Shown here one piece after another: positions 26,628 to 39,666 of a stretch of 64,000 bases of DNA. A model generated the notes under the pieces. That model ran no database searches, was not told the origin of the DNA, and worked only from the letters and a program-made list of their open reading frames with translations. The stretch's first letter is position 1. Each line of letters starts with the position of its first letter. The DNA is taken from positions 53,506,001-53,570,000 of the forward strand of contig NC_043005.1 in NCBI RefSeq assembly GCF_006345805.1, given 5' to 3'. The translations under genes were made by a program, and so were the position numbers. The DNA is from Octopus sinensis. Taxonomy: Eukaryota.

Positions 26628-26714
26628 CGTTTTTCCGCAACATCATTTAATTTCCCTCCAGACTGTTTCCATCACACTAGAGAAAAATTAGTGTCAACAT
26701 AGGACATTCTACGC

Positions 26715-27293
<579 letters not shown>

Positions 27294-28107
27294 CTCTACA
27301 CAGTCGTTGTTCCTACTACAAAAGCGTTTACTGTTTTAAATAAGGGACAACGTTTGCTGATCAAGAGTGACAGGGGGCTTAACAAGAAGGACATAGGAAG
27401 CATTTTCTCTTTAATTTTAAAGACATTTTTAAATGGTTTAATCAGGAAGCAGGGAAAATCTCCCATAATTTTCGAAAACTTTTGAAACTTAAAAAATTTA
27501 TGCGGATGATGCTCAATTTCAATGCCTGTAAATTAATAACTTTTGGAAGAAACAGAAGTGGGAAAGGAATAACAAAACTCAAAGAAATAATTTTTTTAAA
27601 TGTGATAAAATTCTAGTTTGAGAGGTAACAAATTGCTAACTTTCACTAACGGAAATTTCATAAATTCAACTGATTAAGAAAACTTAATAAAAAATAATGA
27701 TGAATTAAACTTTATTAAATGTTAAATTATTGACAAAATGGAATATGTTTTCAATAAGATATTAATTATTCGCTTAGAGAAAATATTTTAAGAAATCGGT
27801 AAAAAAAATAAAACAAAAACGAAGTAGCCACTAACCTAATATTATTTTAAAAAATCTTCCTTGTTTTATTTTTTCTATCAATATTTGATACTTAACGAAA
27901 ACTGATCTTAAAGTATGTATTACAAATTCACTTGAAATTTATAGATGTGCAGGACATCATAGAAAAAACAAACAAATTAGCTGTGTATATGAAATAATAA
28001 TGAAGTTCTTCAAAAGATTTAGCCTTTCTTTAAATTTAGATTTATTTATTTAATTAAATCCGCTATATATATATATATACATATATGTGTGTGTATGTAT
28101 GTACATA

Positions 28108-28161
<54 letters not shown>

Positions 28162-28292
28162 TATATATATGTGTGGGTGTATTTGTGTAAACACACACAT
28201 ATACATATACATGTAATATGTAGGTGTACGTGGTTGTGTATCAGTGTATGTTTTTAGGTTTATTGAAAAAAAAAGACGTGTTGAGTTTCGTA

Positions 28293-28559
28293 AGTGGATC
28301 TTGAGCATAAATTTCACCTATGGAGAAATTATCTTTTAACGAAATATAGAGAAATACTATTATATTGGTCTGATTATATCAAGTTATTGGATCGAATTTA
28401 AGTTGTTGATCCTTCCTGGAGGCCGTTATCTAGATAGTAACTCCAGTTGGCTCATCATTTATCATAATGTTCACATCGTTTATTTCAATGAATCACTTAT
28501 TCTTTTATTCTTTCAGTCCTGGAATTGCGGTCGTGCTGGGGCACCATCTTAAAATTTTA
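28293..28559. repeat. Right arm of ~267-bp inverted duplication
   Basis: Reverse complement of 26360-26627; last ~60 bp are the tail of the adjacent SINE B. Confidence 0.9.
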
Positions 28560-28855
28560 GTCGAATGTATCGACCCAGTAATTTTTTAAGCCTCTTTTGC
28601 CGAACCGCTAAATTATAAAGACGTAAACACACCAACAATTGTTGTCGGTGAGGGGCGAAAAACGCGCACACACACATATACACATATATACGACGGGCTT
28701 CTTTCAGTTTCCGGTTGCCAAATCCACTCACAAGGCCTTGGTTGGCCCGAGGCTATTGTAGAAGACACTTGCCCAAGGAGCCACGCAGTGGGACTGAACC
28801 CGGAACCATGTGGTTGGTAAGCAAGCTACTTACCACCCAGCCACTCCTGCGCCTA
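28497..28855 (-). mobile_element. SINE family B
   Basis: cgacgggcttctttcagtttccgg...ggactgaacccggaaccatgtggttggtaagcaagctacttaccac...cactcctgcgcc. Confidence 0.9.
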
Positions 28856-28990
28856 TATGCTTTAGAGATACACTAAATCGGCACATTTAGTTAACATGTC
28901 ATATATCTCCAAGTAGTCTCTAAAGCATCTAGCTATAAGTAACTCTTTTATAAATTGTTTATATTGAATGATATAGATTCTTTTGTTCTA

Positions 28991-29367
28991 TTTCTTGTTA
29001 GTCATTTGACTGCGGCCATACTAGAGCATGACCTTAAGGAGTTTTACTCGAACAAATCGACCCCAGTACTTATTCTCTGTAAGCCTTATAGTTATTGGTT
29101 TCTTTTGCTGGACCACTAAGTTACGGGGACGTAAATGCACCGGCATCGGTTGTCAAGTGATGGTGGTGGACAAACAAGGACACAAGCACACACACACACA
29201 CATAAAACAGGCCTCTTTCAGTTTCCGTCTGCTAAATCTACACACAAGGCTTTGGTCGGCCCAAAGCTATAGTGGAAAACACTTGCCGAAGGTACCACAT
29301 AGTGGGACTGACCCCGGAAGTATGTGGTTGCGAATTAAGCTTCTTACCACAGCGGCCACTCCTGCGT
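28991..29367 (-). mobile_element. SINE family B
   Basis: gtcatttgactgcggccatac tail; cttcttaccacagcggccactcctgcg head. Confidence 0.88.
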
Positions 29368-29375
29368 ATATAAAG

Positions 29376-29423
<48 letters not shown>

Positions 29424-29449
29424 GTGTGTGTATGTGTGTATGTGTGTGC

Positions 29450-29652
29450 GCGTGTGACCGTATGTGCATCGCTGGCGAATATCTTTCTCTGTCTGCCCGT
29501 CTTTGGAATTTTTCAATATTTCTGATGAAGAGCTCCGCTCGAAATGTGAAATCCTCTTTCTTTTCTTTCCTTTCCTCAGCGTCCAATAACACTGTACTTG
29601 TTCCACGTCCTTGCGTTGTTGTTGTTTTTCTTTACTTCTTCATGTTTGGATT

Positions 29653-29656
<4 letters not shown>
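29450..29656 (+). mobile_element. Short non-coding element with hammerhead motif (Penelope-LTR/retrozyme-like)
   Basis: Sits between (TG)n and (TA)n; contains the fold at 29518-29552. Confidence 0.6.
29518..29552 (+). ncRNA. Minimal type-I hammerhead ribozyme motif, probably inactive copy
   Basis: attt-CTGATGA-a-GAGC tcc GCTC-GAAA-tgt-g-aaat: stem I attt/aaat, intact core, 4-bp stem II; cleavage triplet is GUG. Confidence 0.7.
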
Positions 29657-29704
<48 letters not shown>

Positions 29705-29769
29705 ATAAAACGGTAAGATAACAAAAGAAAGAAAGAGACCTCAATATTATGTAAATAGAGGAATTTATC

Positions 29770-29939
29770 TATACAATATGTTACATTACTCGGTAGTCAA
29801 GATAAAACTCTGAGTTTCAGATGCCGAAGTGGAAATCCACAACACCATCTCTTCGGAGAGATGGTGTTGTGGATTTCCACTTCGGCATCTGAAACTCAGA
29901 GTTTTATCTTGACTACCGAGTAATGTAACATATTGTATA
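29770..29939. repeat. Perfect palindrome: 83-bp arms, 4-nt loop
   Basis: 29770-29852 is the exact reverse complement of 29857-29939; loop TCGG. Confidence 0.97.
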
Positions 29940-29954
29940 TATATATATATATAT

Positions 29955-30030
29955 AACGGGAAGCTTTATGAAAATAGACTAAAGACGAAGGCAGGTGGAA
30001 AACAAACAAACAATTGTATTAGTATGGCGC
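29955..30030 (-). mobile_element. Fragment related to the hammerhead-bearing element at 35605-35792
   Basis: aaagacgaaggcaggtggaaaacaaacaaacaattgtattag resembles the reverse complement of 35741-35785. Confidence 0.5.
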
Positions 30031-30163
30031 GAGTTTCTGTCTGATTGTTTGTTCCACGAAACAGAATTGAGACATCATCTCATTTATAAGCGTGGGTGTT
30101 TTGTCCACTTTCAAACTTTAACTATGGTGATGATAATTTTCAAAGAATCGACACTTTTCAATT

Positions 30164-30213
<50 letters not shown>

Positions 30214-30405
30214 CCCCTCCCTCACTCTTTCACTGTATTTATCTTTCTATCTTTCTATTTGGCCGGAAATTGTCCTGTAACGAGAATGGTCAGCGTTCAA
30301 GACAATGATAACCATCACACCATATATATTTATTCATTTATTTATTCAAGGATGGTCTGTTCTGCACAATTAAATGCAACCTCTCTCTGTCTCTCTCTCT
30401 TTATG

Positions 30406-30454
<49 letters not shown>

Positions 30455-30525
30455 AATGACTGCCACAAGTAAAATTTTTTAAAAATACATTCTAGGGGTT
30501 AATACGTCCAACTAAAAATTCTTCA

Positions 30526-30600
30526 AAGCAGTGCCCCAGCATGGCCACAAGCTAATTACTGAAATAAGTGAAAGGTGAAAGAACGAAAAGATAAAAGAAA
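30526..30600 (+). mobile_element. SINE family B tail fragment
   Basis: gtgccccagcatggccac...actgaaataagtgaaagg. Confidence 0.6.
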
Positions 30601-31094
30601 ATTATAAAATTGGGTGTTTTTGTCCACTTTCACAGCAAAATGGCGCCGCTATTTTTTAACTGTCTGTCTCTCTCTTTCCCCCCTCTCTCTCTCACACACA
30701 CATGTATATATATATATACATGTGTGTATATGTTTACACACACACACATTATATATATATATATGATTGAATAAGTTAGAGAATAGTTGCTCTCAAAGCT
30801 AACACAACTAGATCTCATAATGAAGGGAAACGGTTTCATAACCAAACATCGAATCTGGAGAACTACGCTGTGTGGAAACTATTGTAGTAATCACAAATAA
30901 ATGTCCAGCTATACTCTTACTTGTCGAGTCCAAATCATTCGATTATTCATCCACACACTGCAGAAGCCCCAACGCAAATCTGGCAGTACGCATAATACAA
31001 CTACTGGATAGCGCCCTGTGCAATCTGAAGGTAGACGAGCTTTATACTGTACTCTAATACGTTCTAATCAGAATATAACATAATTATATATATA

Positions 31095-32370
31095 CGAGGG
31101 ACGTTCAATAAGTAATGCCTCTGACCCACTTGCAATTGTTTGATCTAGCTGAAATTTTGCATGTGCAATCATTTATATCTCTATAGAGTAAGTGGCAAAT
31201 TACAGCTCTGAATTAATTTACAGGTGTTTGAACCGAGTCAAGTGTGAAATGGAGCCTGTTGAGTGTCGAGCAGTGATCCGGTTTTTGTATTTGAAAGGAC
31301 GCACACCACGGGAGACTTTTGATGAAATGAAAGTAACTTATGGGGATGATGCCCCATCATATGACCTTGTAAAACGCTGGCATCGTGAATTCAAACATGG
31401 TCGGAACTCTGTGGAAACAGCTCCCAGATCTGGTCGCCCCCTTCTGCCATTGATGAGGCATCTGTCCGTCAAGTTGAGGCTGCCATTTTGGAAGATCGAC
31501 GCATAATTATTCGCCAAATAGCCCATGAGGTCAAGATTAGTACCGGGTCTGTGGAAACTATCATTCATGACCATTTGCATATGCAAAAGGTGTCTGCCAG
31601 ATGGATTCCCAGGTTGCTCACGCCTTTCCAGAAGCAAGAACGCGTCGAGTGCTCGAGGGTGAATTTGGAGATGTGCCAAGAAGATGAGTCAAAATTTTTC
31701 AAAAGACTGATTACACAGGATGAAACCTGGGTCCATCACGATGATCCAGAGACCAAAGCCCAGTCAATGCAGTGGAATCACCGTGACTCACTCCCTCCAA
31801 AGAAGGCAATGGTGCAGCCCTCCGCTGGCAAGGTCATGCTCACAGTCTTCTGGGACCAGGACGGAGTAGTGATGACAGATTTCCTGGCAAAGGGTACCAC
31901 AATTGCAGGAGCCTATTATGCTTCACTTTTGAGGAAATTAAGAGAAGTTATCAAAATCAAGAGGCGGGGCAAGATCAGCAAAGGCATCCTCCTCCTGCAG
32001 GACAACGCTCCGATCCACAACTCGCTTGTCGCCAGATCAGAAGCACAGGCGTATGGCTATGAACTCCTCCCCATCCCCCTACTTTCCTGACCTTGCACCC
32101 TCTGATTTTCCCCTCTTCCCAATCATGAAGTTGTTTTTGAAAGGAAAGCGTTTCCCAGATGATGCAGCCTTGATTTCTGAAGTCACGTTGAGGTTGGAGG
32201 ACCAAGCTGGGTTCTTCTACAAAAACGGTCTCCAGAGCCGCATCAAACGATGGGAGAAATGCGTAACTCTGGGTGGTTCCTATGTAGAAAAAGACTAATA
32301 ACTGTGCCAAGTTTCGTTGCTCTACTGCTATGGGAAGTGGGTCAGGGGCATTTTTATTGAACGCCCCTCG
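31095..32370 (+). mobile_element. Full-length mariner (Tc1/mariner, DD34D) transposon, 1276 bp
   Basis: TIRs cgagggacgttcaataagtaatgcctctgacccactt / aagtgggtcaggggcatttttattgaacgcccctcg, TA on both sides. Confidence 0.97.
31249..32298 (+). pseudogene. Mariner transposase with two frameshifts (~31440, ~32075)
   Basis: MEPVECRAVIRF...RSGRP / ...RWIPRLL...QDETWVH...QDNAPIH / PYFPDLAPSDF...GGSYVEKD*; D34D once the second frameshift is corrected. Confidence 0.95.
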
Positions 32371-33034
32371 TATATATACTATATGAATAATTATTTTCCT
32401 CGCTGACTAGATTGATTTTATAAGCGAAACATAGCACAATGTCTTTGATAAATATCTGTGTACTTCCTACAGCATTTTGTGAGCAATCTTGAAGAAACAT
32501 TGGATTGCCTTATTTATGCACTGAGTACTTCGTGTCTTTTACCTTCATTGAGACATAAAAAGAGACGTATTGAGAACTATATAAGCTCCCACTTCTAATG
32601 CGTTCGAATTTTATCTATACTTATAACACAGTGGACGTAAGTTAGGCACGCATAAGCAGATCCCCGGATTAGTAAAATAACATCCTCACTATACATCACT
32701 GCTAATAATGTAACTTTAGAACAGAAAACAAAAGCACCGCATCTTTTACAGAGAAATATTGGGAAAGATATAAAAGAGATATATTTAGTGAGTTTCTCGA
32801 TGTTAATGCAGCTGAGCCCAATCTGTACATAGAGAGTTATATACGTTGTGTGAAATTACCAAATCTTATATATCTCCGTATATGGATTTGTAAAAATACA
32901 AAACATTACTCCCACACTACTAATACTATAATAGCAGTATTTAAAAGACTGTATGCAATTGTTTCCTCGACTAATGAGCACCAATTAGCAATGGAAATAC
33001 AGCGGCATGTCTAATGCTAATATTTAGACTTCAT

Positions 33035-33250
33035 AGGGTGGTGAGACGGCAGGATTGTTAGCAAGCTAGGTAAAATGCTTAGCGGCGTTTCGTCCGTCTT
33101 TACGCTCTGAGTTCTAATACCACCAAAGTCGACCTTGCATTTCATTTTTTCGAGATCGATGAATTAAATACCGATTGAACATTGGGGTCGATGTAATCGA
33201 CTAACACCACTCCCTCAAAATTGCTGGCCTTGTGCAAAAATTTGAAACTA
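33035..33250 (+). mobile_element. SINE family A
   Basis: aaaatgcttagcggcgtttcgtccgtctttacgctctgag...ggggtcgatgtaatcgact. Confidence 0.82.
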
Positions 33251-34126
33251 ATATTTATACTTCCTAATGTATTTTCTTTGAATATCTTTGCATGCATATT
33301 AGATTATAACGTTTTAGCTCACTATTAGTGTTGAACTATTACGCATTATCTTGGAACATTTCCACGTTTTTATACTAGCTATTCTATATTTATATACATA
33401 TGTGCGTGTGCACGTATAAGTCATTATTTGTGTGGAGTGAGTATTAGTGTATAAGTGCTTTTAGAAACTGTCTTTCCAATCGCGACCATCCCAACAATCT
33501 AGGATACGTATATTATCTAATGTGTCTTAGAATCAAGAAGGTTTAATGCAGATTTCACTTTTATTTCTGTTATTTCGGGAGACCAGCTAGTAATGTTTTT
33601 CTCGACTCGTGTTCTGACGTTCATTTTGTATAGCTGAGCGATTTGGATATGTTTATCTTTCAATATAGTCCCGTCCATCCTGGTCATTTATTACTTCATT
33701 TGTAAGGTCATAGGAGCAGAAATCTGACCACTTCGTATGTACTGGGTCTTCGAACAGAATAATTTTTCATCCAACTTCACTATAAATTTGTATGTATATT
33801 TGTATGTTCATAGAAGCATAGACATCATTCTCACGAGCATGTACTTTTGACTTTCGATACAACGCTCTCTTAAACAAGCCATTACTTTCTCCTCGTGCAT
33901 ACTAACGCTTTGTTTATTTTTTTCTCTATGAATCTTAACATTAGACAATGCAGTTTGGGAGGCGGATTTGTATTTGAGAAGCTATTGGCGAAAGCAGCAG
34001 TTGTTTCAGATTAATTAAAACATTCCTGTAAAGCATCTTCTACATGGGTGTCAATTTCGGAAATATTATTAATATTCATAATGAACGTCATGACAATCTC
34101 TTTATTCCCTTACCTCTTTCTCTTCC

Positions 34127-34197
<71 letters not shown>

Positions 34198-34635
34198 GCC
34201 TTCCACTCACTTTTTCTGTCACCCAATCTTCCTCTTTCTTTACACGCAGACACGCACATACACACATATGTATATATATTAAAAATTGCCATTCGAGATT
34301 AATATGGTTTTTATAAAGAATGTCTGATAATATCCCAATGTGTCTGATTCTTTCACCTGCTGGTTTTAAAGAGACAAGATCTATTTCAGTCCTCATTGTC
34401 TCTATTCTCTTAAAATTAGATCATCTGTTCTAAATTGGATTCATTCTTACTTTCTGTTTTGTTTTGTTTTTAATTTTAAGTACCCCAAAGAAAATTTTTG
34501 TCCACTTATAACTTGAACTATTATTAGTTGCTCAACTTTTTCAACTCCCAGTATTTCATGTGTGAGTTATTGTAGTTGTATTAAGTATACATTTTACTTA
34601 CCAAAGGTATTTCCCTAAGCCATATTGATTTCATA

Positions 34636-34825
34636 TTTTAGCACAAGGCCAAATAATTTCGGAGGAAGGGGCAAGTCGATTGCATCGACCCCAGTGCTCA
34701 ACTGGCACTAGTTTTATCGACTCCGAAACAGTCGACCTCGGCGGAATTTGAACTCAGAACATAAAGACGAGCGAGATACCGCTTAGAATTTTACCCAGAT
34801 TGCTGACGAGTCTGCTAGATTGCTG
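34636..34825 (-). mobile_element. SINE family A, internally deleted
   Basis: gtcgacctcggcggaatttgaactcagaac. Confidence 0.85.
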
Positions 34826-34850
34826 TTTTATTCCTCTTAGTAAAATTGGT

Positions 34851-35060
34851 TTCACATTTTGGCACACGGCCAGCAATTTCGGGGGAGGGAACAAGTCGAT
34901 TATATCCACCTCAGTGTCCAACTGGTACTTGTTTGCTTGGCCTCGAAAGAATGAAAGGCGAAGTCGACCTCGGCGGAATTTGAACTTAGAACGTAAAAAG
35001 AATGAAATGCCACGAAGCATTTTACCTGGTGTGCTAAAGATTCTGCCAGTTTGCAGACCT
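34851..35060 (-). mobile_element. SINE family A (tandem with previous copy)
   Basis: gaatgaaaggcgaagtcgacctcggcggaatttgaacttagaacg. Confidence 0.85.
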
Positions 35061-35604
35061 CTTTCTCTTAGTCGTATTGGTAATATTATTCAGCTAATGA
35101 AAACAACTCCTACTCACCATTTTCTCCAACATTTATAATTATTATTTCTTATTACCATGTAGCACAAGGTCAACGACAAGGTGATGTTGTGATCGTTCAA
35201 CCTCATTAGAAATAACTTCCACTAAAGCCTAAATACCAAATGGCACATCAGATGATGCTGTTCTTCACACACTTTATCTAACCGATGTTCACGGTTAGAA
35301 AGCTTCCCCAGAGAGAGATAGGATGCTCACGGCTAGAAAGCATTTCAACATAGAACTAAACAAAAATAACAGCATGATCAATCTAACACCACCTGAGGTT
35401 TTGCACAACCTCCAGACATATGAAGACATATGAAGAGATATTCGCATCGCATGAGAGAGAAAGTAAGAAATAAAGTCATGAACTACTCTTGTGACTCAAA
35501 CCGAGATCAAAAGTCTATATGATTCAGCATGAAGACAGATGTATCATTAATATATAAGAACATATATTGCTAATATCTAAAGCTGAATATTGCGACAGAC
35601 ATAT

Positions 35605-35790
35605 ATCGCCATGATAGATTGCTAGCCACTATAGCTTTTCTATTTTCTCTCCCTGTTTATTTCTATGTTCCTTTCAATCGAAGAGCGTAGGCTCGAAACA
35701 TAAAAGACTTTCTCACTTCCCGAGAGATAAAATAATACATCTGTTTGTTATTTACACACTCGTCTTCGTCTTTTTGTTTGTAAATTCTCA

Positions 35791-35792
<2 letters not shown>
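35605..35792 (+). mobile_element. Short non-coding element with degenerate hammerhead motif
   Basis: cttt-caatcga-a-GAGC gtag GCTC-GAAAC-ata-aaag at 35671-35706; followed by (TA)n. Confidence 0.55.
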
Positions 35793-35868
<76 letters not shown>

Positions 35869-35884
35869 TATATATATATATATA

Positions 35885-37489
35885 CTAGCATTTTGACCCG
35901 GCGTTGCCGAGTCATAGTGCTAGTGCATGTATATATGTGTATATATATGTGTACATATTACATGTACATCTATATATAGACATCTACACATAAAGTACAA
36001 AATACAAAGTTATATCTTGATATCGCTAGTGATAACAATACTCAAAATATATAACAGACTGGAATTGTAGGCCCGTCTCTTGCAATTTCGATCAATTGTA
36101 TCTTGTCCTCCCTTTTGTATAGAAGTGTGGCTACAATCCAGCCTACCTCTACTTCTGGGGGTGCATTTTTGATTTTTATCCGGGACGTCCTACGTTCCAG
36201 ATATAAAGGTAAAAATAAAATATTTCCACTTTGCAAGGTTCGAGTCGAGTACCTTCTTGCACGCTCTGTTGACTCGAATTTTGCTTCTATTGTGGCGAAT
36301 TTACCACCTGTGGTTAGATATCTTTCATTGTCGCACCAAGGCACTTATCGATGGTGCTTTCCTCCAGGTGTTCAAATCTTTTTTTTTCTCTACATTGTAT
36401 ACTTTATAGACAATAGTCTTTTCTTTAATTTAATTTTTTATTTCGTTTGGTGGTGTTATCCTAGATTCACCGTCTTTGTCGGTGATCAATCCGAAATAGG
36501 TTTGTATTTCTTCCATTTTCATTTTAATGAGTTTGCGCCCGCCGACGGCTGCAGCGAAATTCAATTTTGGACTTTCTTCTATCGAAGGCATTTTAACAAA
36601 AATGCTTCCGTATAAACGGTGAAAATATTGTCAATTTCCCCAAACAGGAACACAATTCAATATTTAAACAATAACCAAAGCTCCTTCTCCCAAAGGGGGA
36701 GGGTTACGGTTTACAATTATTTAACAAATGCAACACAACAACGTTTCCCTTACGAGGAACCAACAAACGTGATAACAATAGTTAAACAGTAATAATAATA
36801 ACAACAAACCTTACGGTGAATCAAAAAGCAGTACGCAGTTGAATCTATAGTCCTTTATGTATAAGAAATAAACCAACAGCAGTACTCAGTAGAAGTGGCT
36901 GTTCGAGAAAACAGACATTACATACAGCCAAACTTCATATAGATACTTAATGCTAGCTAATTAGCAGATAATCTAATGTAAAAGACGTGGTAAAGGGTAT
37001 GTGCACAGCTCCATCTGAACTATTCCATTTCTGCACACTAATTTTATTTTTAATTTATTCCCATTCATGTGAAACCACTTATTCAAGTTCAAGTCATTGA
37101 TGCAATTTTATACCAATTGCTATTTTTACTTTTGATTGCTATGTTACGATTTGATTATTATATTATACTTTAGTTTGATTTTAATTATTACTTACTACAT
37201 ATAATTCAATTGTTATTATTATCTCTAATTTTTATTGTTAAAGTGAAAGTATCTGACATAAAATAAAGAAATGTTTTTGTTTCACGTTTAACGCGTGATA
37301 CTGAAATAGTGGGAAGATATGATATTGCTATGGGCTAGCCCTAGGCAAGAAATTGAACATTTTCTTTTGCTCATGAAACGACATGGACCCTAAGTAAGGC
37401 ATGTGTAAAATTTGAATGAAATTGGTTGTGTAGTTCTCAAGTTTTAGGGAAACAGACAGACACACATTTTCAGTTTTATATATATATAT
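35885..37489 (-). mobile_element. Non-autonomous Helitron (~1.6 kb)
   Basis: Minus-strand 3' end TGACTCGGC-AAC-GCCGGGTCA hairpin, AAATG, CTAG|T; 5' end (TA)n-AAAACTGAAAATGTGTGTCTGTCTGTTTCCC. Confidence 0.8.
36045..36592 (-). pseudogene. N-terminal fragment of an L1/Tx1-like ORF1 (gag-like RNA-binding protein)
   Basis: MPSIEESPKLNFAAAVGGRK...ATIEAKFESTERARRYST...YLERRTSRIKIKNAPPEVEVGWIVATLL; one stop and frameshifts. Confidence 0.6.
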
Positions 37490-37805
37490 CAGGAATTTGA
37501 AAATTAGTGGTAGAAGGACGAAAAATGATATTCAAATATATATGTATAAATTTGTGTCGGTATTTGTGTGTGCGCGTATGCATATGTGTATATATGCATT
37601 TATATCAACTAATCTCCCTATCTAATTATTTCCTTATCTCTGTATTTGTGTATGTGTGTGTACGTATATACAGATATGTCTGTGTATACATATATAAACA
37701 AATCAGGATAAGAGAGGCAAAGGGAGAGGCAATACAGAGAGGCAAAGAATGCCAAACCTTCTATATATAACCTGTATATTAAGTAACCGTGGTATATACA
37801 TACAT

Positions 37806-37838
<33 letters not shown>

Positions 37839-37839
37839 A

Positions 37840-37971
<132 letters not shown>

Positions 37972-38136
37972 GTGTGTATTTTCCCTTGTTAACAATCAAC
38001 ACGAAAAACTATATAAATAGTTACCAGGGTAGCAAAACATCACAGAAGTAAAAGTGTTGTAACTCCTTGTTTTTAAAGTTAGAAACTTCGGGTTTACGTG
38101 AAATATTTTGTATAATATTTATAAATAAATAACTGT

Positions 38137-38696
38137 AGTTAAACGCAGGTGTTATTCAAATTCTTTTACTTCTGACACATGTTTCGAATTTATCACTGGT
38201 ATTATTCCAAAGGAATAATGGTGTAAAATGGTGTAAAACAATGTAATCTCCTTTTCAGGGATGTGAAGAAATGAAACTTGTCAATAAGACATTTTAACGG
38301 AAAATGATGGATATGTATAGTGATTAACTGAACGCTATTTCACATTCACAAGATATATCTTTTTCCAAGTCTATATGGTTTTATTTAATATACATATAGT
38401 TATATACTTCTCATTTATTTGGTCTTTCGTTAATTTATCCCTCCTCTTTCTATAGGCTACCTTTGACGTTATATCCTATAACGTTTGTTTGAAACAATCT
38501 TAATAGCGTTCAGTTAATCACTATGCATATCCATCATTTTCTGTTAAAATGTCTTATTGACGAGTTTCATTTCTTCACTACCCCGAAGAGAATATTACAT
38601 TGTTTTACACCATTTTATTCCTTTGAAATAATACCAATGATAAATTCGAAACATGTGTCGGAAGTAAAAGAATTTGAATAACACCTGCGTTTAACT
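38137..38696. mobile_element. Foldback/MITE-like element with ~200-bp inverted arms
   Basis: 38137-38339 vs 38502-38696 reverse-complementary with scattered mismatches; ~160-bp spacer. Confidence 0.85.
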
Positions 38697-39622
38697 CCGT
38701 TTGTAATTATGACTGTGTATATCTATTTGTTTTATTTCATGAATCCAACTACTTATATGATCTGATACATTTTAATATTTTGTCATTTTATTAGGGAACA
38801 CATCCCAAATGTAACCACCGAATCAAGCTAGACCCCAGATTTTCATTGTTAGTACATTCGATATTCATTTCTGTAGAACTTCAGGTGTATTGTCTGCTAC
38901 AGTTATATATCCCCCCCCCCCCCCACCTTTTTTTTTACCTGTGTGTGACTCTCAGACAAATATACAAGCACAACATTCTTCGTAAAGACGTTCAACATCT
39001 AATGTGGTTTATTCAAAGAGAACCATGAACCGAAAATTAAGGGACATTATTATTTTATTTTGCACCTATCGCATTAAATCGATGGAATCTTTCATTTTTT
39101 TTCATTTTATATTATATTTTTTATTGAATGTTTTTGGCTTGTTGTCATAATCTTCAATATACCACGAATTTTTTTTTTTCAGAAAATGTAGATGCATACT
39201 TTTCATCAACACTGGCATATATTGCTATCAGTTTGTGATACGAAGAACACTCTTTTATTATTCCGATGTCTGTAAGAGAGAAAAGAAAAAAAATTCAGTG
39301 ATGGACTTGTGGATTTATATCAATAGAATTTATCATTTCATATATTTCTATAGTTCTGACACAAATATTATAACAATAGTGTAGAGATAACATATCGAAT
39401 GCACACAGAAATTATTGTTAGAGATTCAGCCTTCCAAATTATTGCTCTAGTTCACTTTCACAATGATGCTTGCCAATCGCTGCAAGCTACCAATTGAAGA
39501 TATGTTGTCCATCTCTAAGGACAGATATGTATGTGTGTCTCTATGTGTGTGAGTGTATGTGTGTCTGTGTCTGTGTGCTCACGTGTGTGTATGTATTCGT
39601 GTATGCGTTTAAGTGTATGTAC

Positions 39623-39666
<44 letters not shown>

